Source: an uncultured Candidatus Saccharibacteria bacterium
Lineage (GTDB): Bacteria > Patescibacteriota > Minisyncoccia > UBA11713 > 2-01-FULL-45-33
DNA: 64,000 nt
NCBI GenBank assembly: GCA_964464405.1
Contig: CAYXFX010000001.1
Coordinates: 3,466 to 67,465 of the forward strand
Direction of reading: 5' to 3'
Within the stretch, counting starts at the first letter, position 1. Each line of letters opens with the position of its first letter. The notes under the pieces were generated by a model, which was not told the DNA's origin, did no database searches, and saw only the letters and a list, made by a program, of their open reading frames with translations. Shown one piece after another: positions 63,801 to 64,000 of the stretch. Position numbers and translations under genes: made by a program.

Positions 63801-64000
63801 GGAACTTGGCGGAAAGAAAAGCGTACATTTGGAGGATTGGCCGAACTTTGGTCTCGCGCCTTCCGTTTCGCTCGCGCTTAACCCTTCCTCGAAGACTCGG
63901 GGGGCTCCGACACGCGTACGCGAAAATGAAAGTGCTTGGCTTCTTCAAAACATGGAGATTGTGCGAAAGGTTGTTGGTTTGGCTTTGGAGGCGCGCCAAA
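60874..64000 (+). CDS. ileS: isoleucyl-tRNA synthetase, 3'-truncated by window end, carrying an inserted histidine-phosphatase domain
   Basis: Open frame from ATG 60874 to window end with no stop (absent from ORF track, presumably because it has no stop); FYEGPPTANNIPHMGH (HIGH region), editing-domain YPFCWRCKNPL, IKHGRFGEWL, DLHKPYIDKV, VWFDSGSMPF, KMSKSLGN; insertion of ~210 aa with RHGESENN / TSPFLRSKQSA / IVAHEDS motifs at ~62350-62990. Confidence 0.85.
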   Translation, partial: MSAKKNEEKNEKEGSSFSFPKMEEEILEFWEANKIFEKSVEQRKKGQPFVFYEGPPTANNIPHMGHFETRVFKDVILRYKTMRGFYAPRRAGWDTHGLPVEVEVEKRLGIKNKKEIEEYGVAEFNKKCRESVWQYKELWEKMTSRMGFWIDMGRPYITYENSYIESLWAIIKKFSDNKYLYEDYKVVPWCARCGTALSSHEVAQGYEKVKEESVYVKFKVKAEGDWAGTSFLVWTTTPWTLPGNVALAVNPKIEYVVVEKDGERLILAEARVSVLGEGWKLLKKISGKELAGLQYIPLYKSELVSDKSKNIYVVVEGDFVSTEEGTGIVHIAPAFGDDDFQISKKYDLPVLVSTNERGLMQTPKTPWDGEWFKKADKRITEDLKSRRILFKSEIYEHDYPFCWRCKNPLMYFARKAWWIDVNAVREKLLENNEQINWFPDHIKHGRFGEWLKEKKNWAFSRERYWGTPLPVWRCDPQAGGCGKLEVIGSIEELSTRAASSGNRYLMMRHGESENNVARILSSNIEKDNYGLTSNGKKQVEKTAKEILKKNIKIDLIFTSPFLRSKQSADEIARILNIDESKVEIDPRFSEINFGILSDRSYSEYDEFFETPEDQFSKAPSDGETLADVKKRVYAAILEIESRYKNKNILIVAHEDSLWMLWASVLGKDEKETRKAKENNGGDYIKNGELIELDAGGLCLPKDEKFVLDLHKPYIDKVTLKCECEGEMKRVPEVCDVWFDSGSMPFAQMHWPFDNNLEYPADYIVEAVDQTRGWFYNLLSVGTLLGFDAPYKNVISLGHVLDSNGKKMSKSLGNVADPMMLVEKYGADPARWYFFTINQPWDSKLFKEDDIKDASRRFFMILWNVLKFYKMYESVKKSASVKAPKFIINKWALIKLSEISESITKKLDAYDVVGAARDLENFVTEDISRWYVRRIRDVMKNESDDSKETAQVLIHLLSEISKLLAPFAPFISEKIWQELGGKKSVHLEDWPNFGLAPSVSLALNPSSKTRGAPTRVRENESAWLLQNMEIVRKVVGLALEARQ

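Noticed and set aside
1-64000. CRISPR arrays, rRNA genes, transposases or integrases
   Set aside because: Scanned both strands for regularly spaced direct repeats, rRNA signatures and DDE or tyrosine-recombinase motifs. None found.

Overview
This 64-kb window looks like part of a small, AT-rich (roughly 35-42% GC by eye) bacterial chromosome. It uses the standard genetic code, because TGA terminates rpsL and other genes. The gene content is consistent with a CPR/Patescibacteria-like lineage. There is no rpmD (L30) between rpsE and rplO. Many housekeeping proteins carry insertions or extensions. Metabolism appears minimal. This lineage assignment is an inference from gene content, not a database result.

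The backbone is a nearly complete str/S10/spc ribosomal super-operon on the + strand (7449-25541): rpsL-rpsG-[nucleotidyltransferase]-fusA-[PaaX-like regulator]-tuf-rpsJ-rplCDWB-rpsS-rplV-rpsC-rplP-rpmC-rpsQ-rplNXE-rpsZ-rpsH-rplFR-rpsE-rplO-secY-adk-map.

Other features:
- Two tRNAs: Arg-CCG at 79-152 and Pro-GGG at 1725-1798.
- tmRNA (57894-58244, -) lying 5 nt downstream of smpB.
- The infC-rpmI-rplT operon on the - strand, where infC has a non-AUG start and the supplied ORF track truncated the gene.
- A VKOR-DsbA pair.
- A housekeeping sigma-70.
- argS, rdgB, and a 3'-truncated ileS running off the window.
- tpiA-pgk, and a galT-like gene next to a GT2 glycosyltransferase.
- ndk, PolX, znuCB.
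- An mgtC / amino-acid permease / P-type ATPase cluster.
- A nucleic-acid uptake and processing group: RecB-like nuclease, NrnA-like DHH phosphoesterase, RNase H, ComEC in two ORFs.

Most unusual observations:
1. IleRS has an in-frame insertion of about 210 aa carrying a complete histidine-phosphatase (RHGE..N / SP..R..A / AHE) domain.
2. A MIO-type aromatic ammonia-lyase is paired divergently with a 4-coumarate-CoA-ligase-like adenylating enzyme, beside a Leu/Phe-dehydrogenase-family gene.
3. A kanamycin/lincosamide-NTase-like nucleotidyltransferase is inserted between rpsG and fusA.
4. A PaaX-like regulator is inserted between fusA and tuf, with a 35-bp nested palindrome present twice (before itself and before tuf).
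5. A higher-GC module downstream of tRNA-Pro encodes an AAA+ (Arch_ATPase-like) protein and an M49-like HExxH...EExxAD metallopeptidase.
6. Several structured intergenic elements lie inside the ribosomal operon (rplC-rplD terminator-like hairpin, 16-bp perfect inverted repeat between rplR and rpsE) and elsewhere (a CCCTACnnATTAC...GTAATTAGTAGGG inverted-repeat family).

No CRISPR arrays, rRNA genes or obvious transposases were seen.
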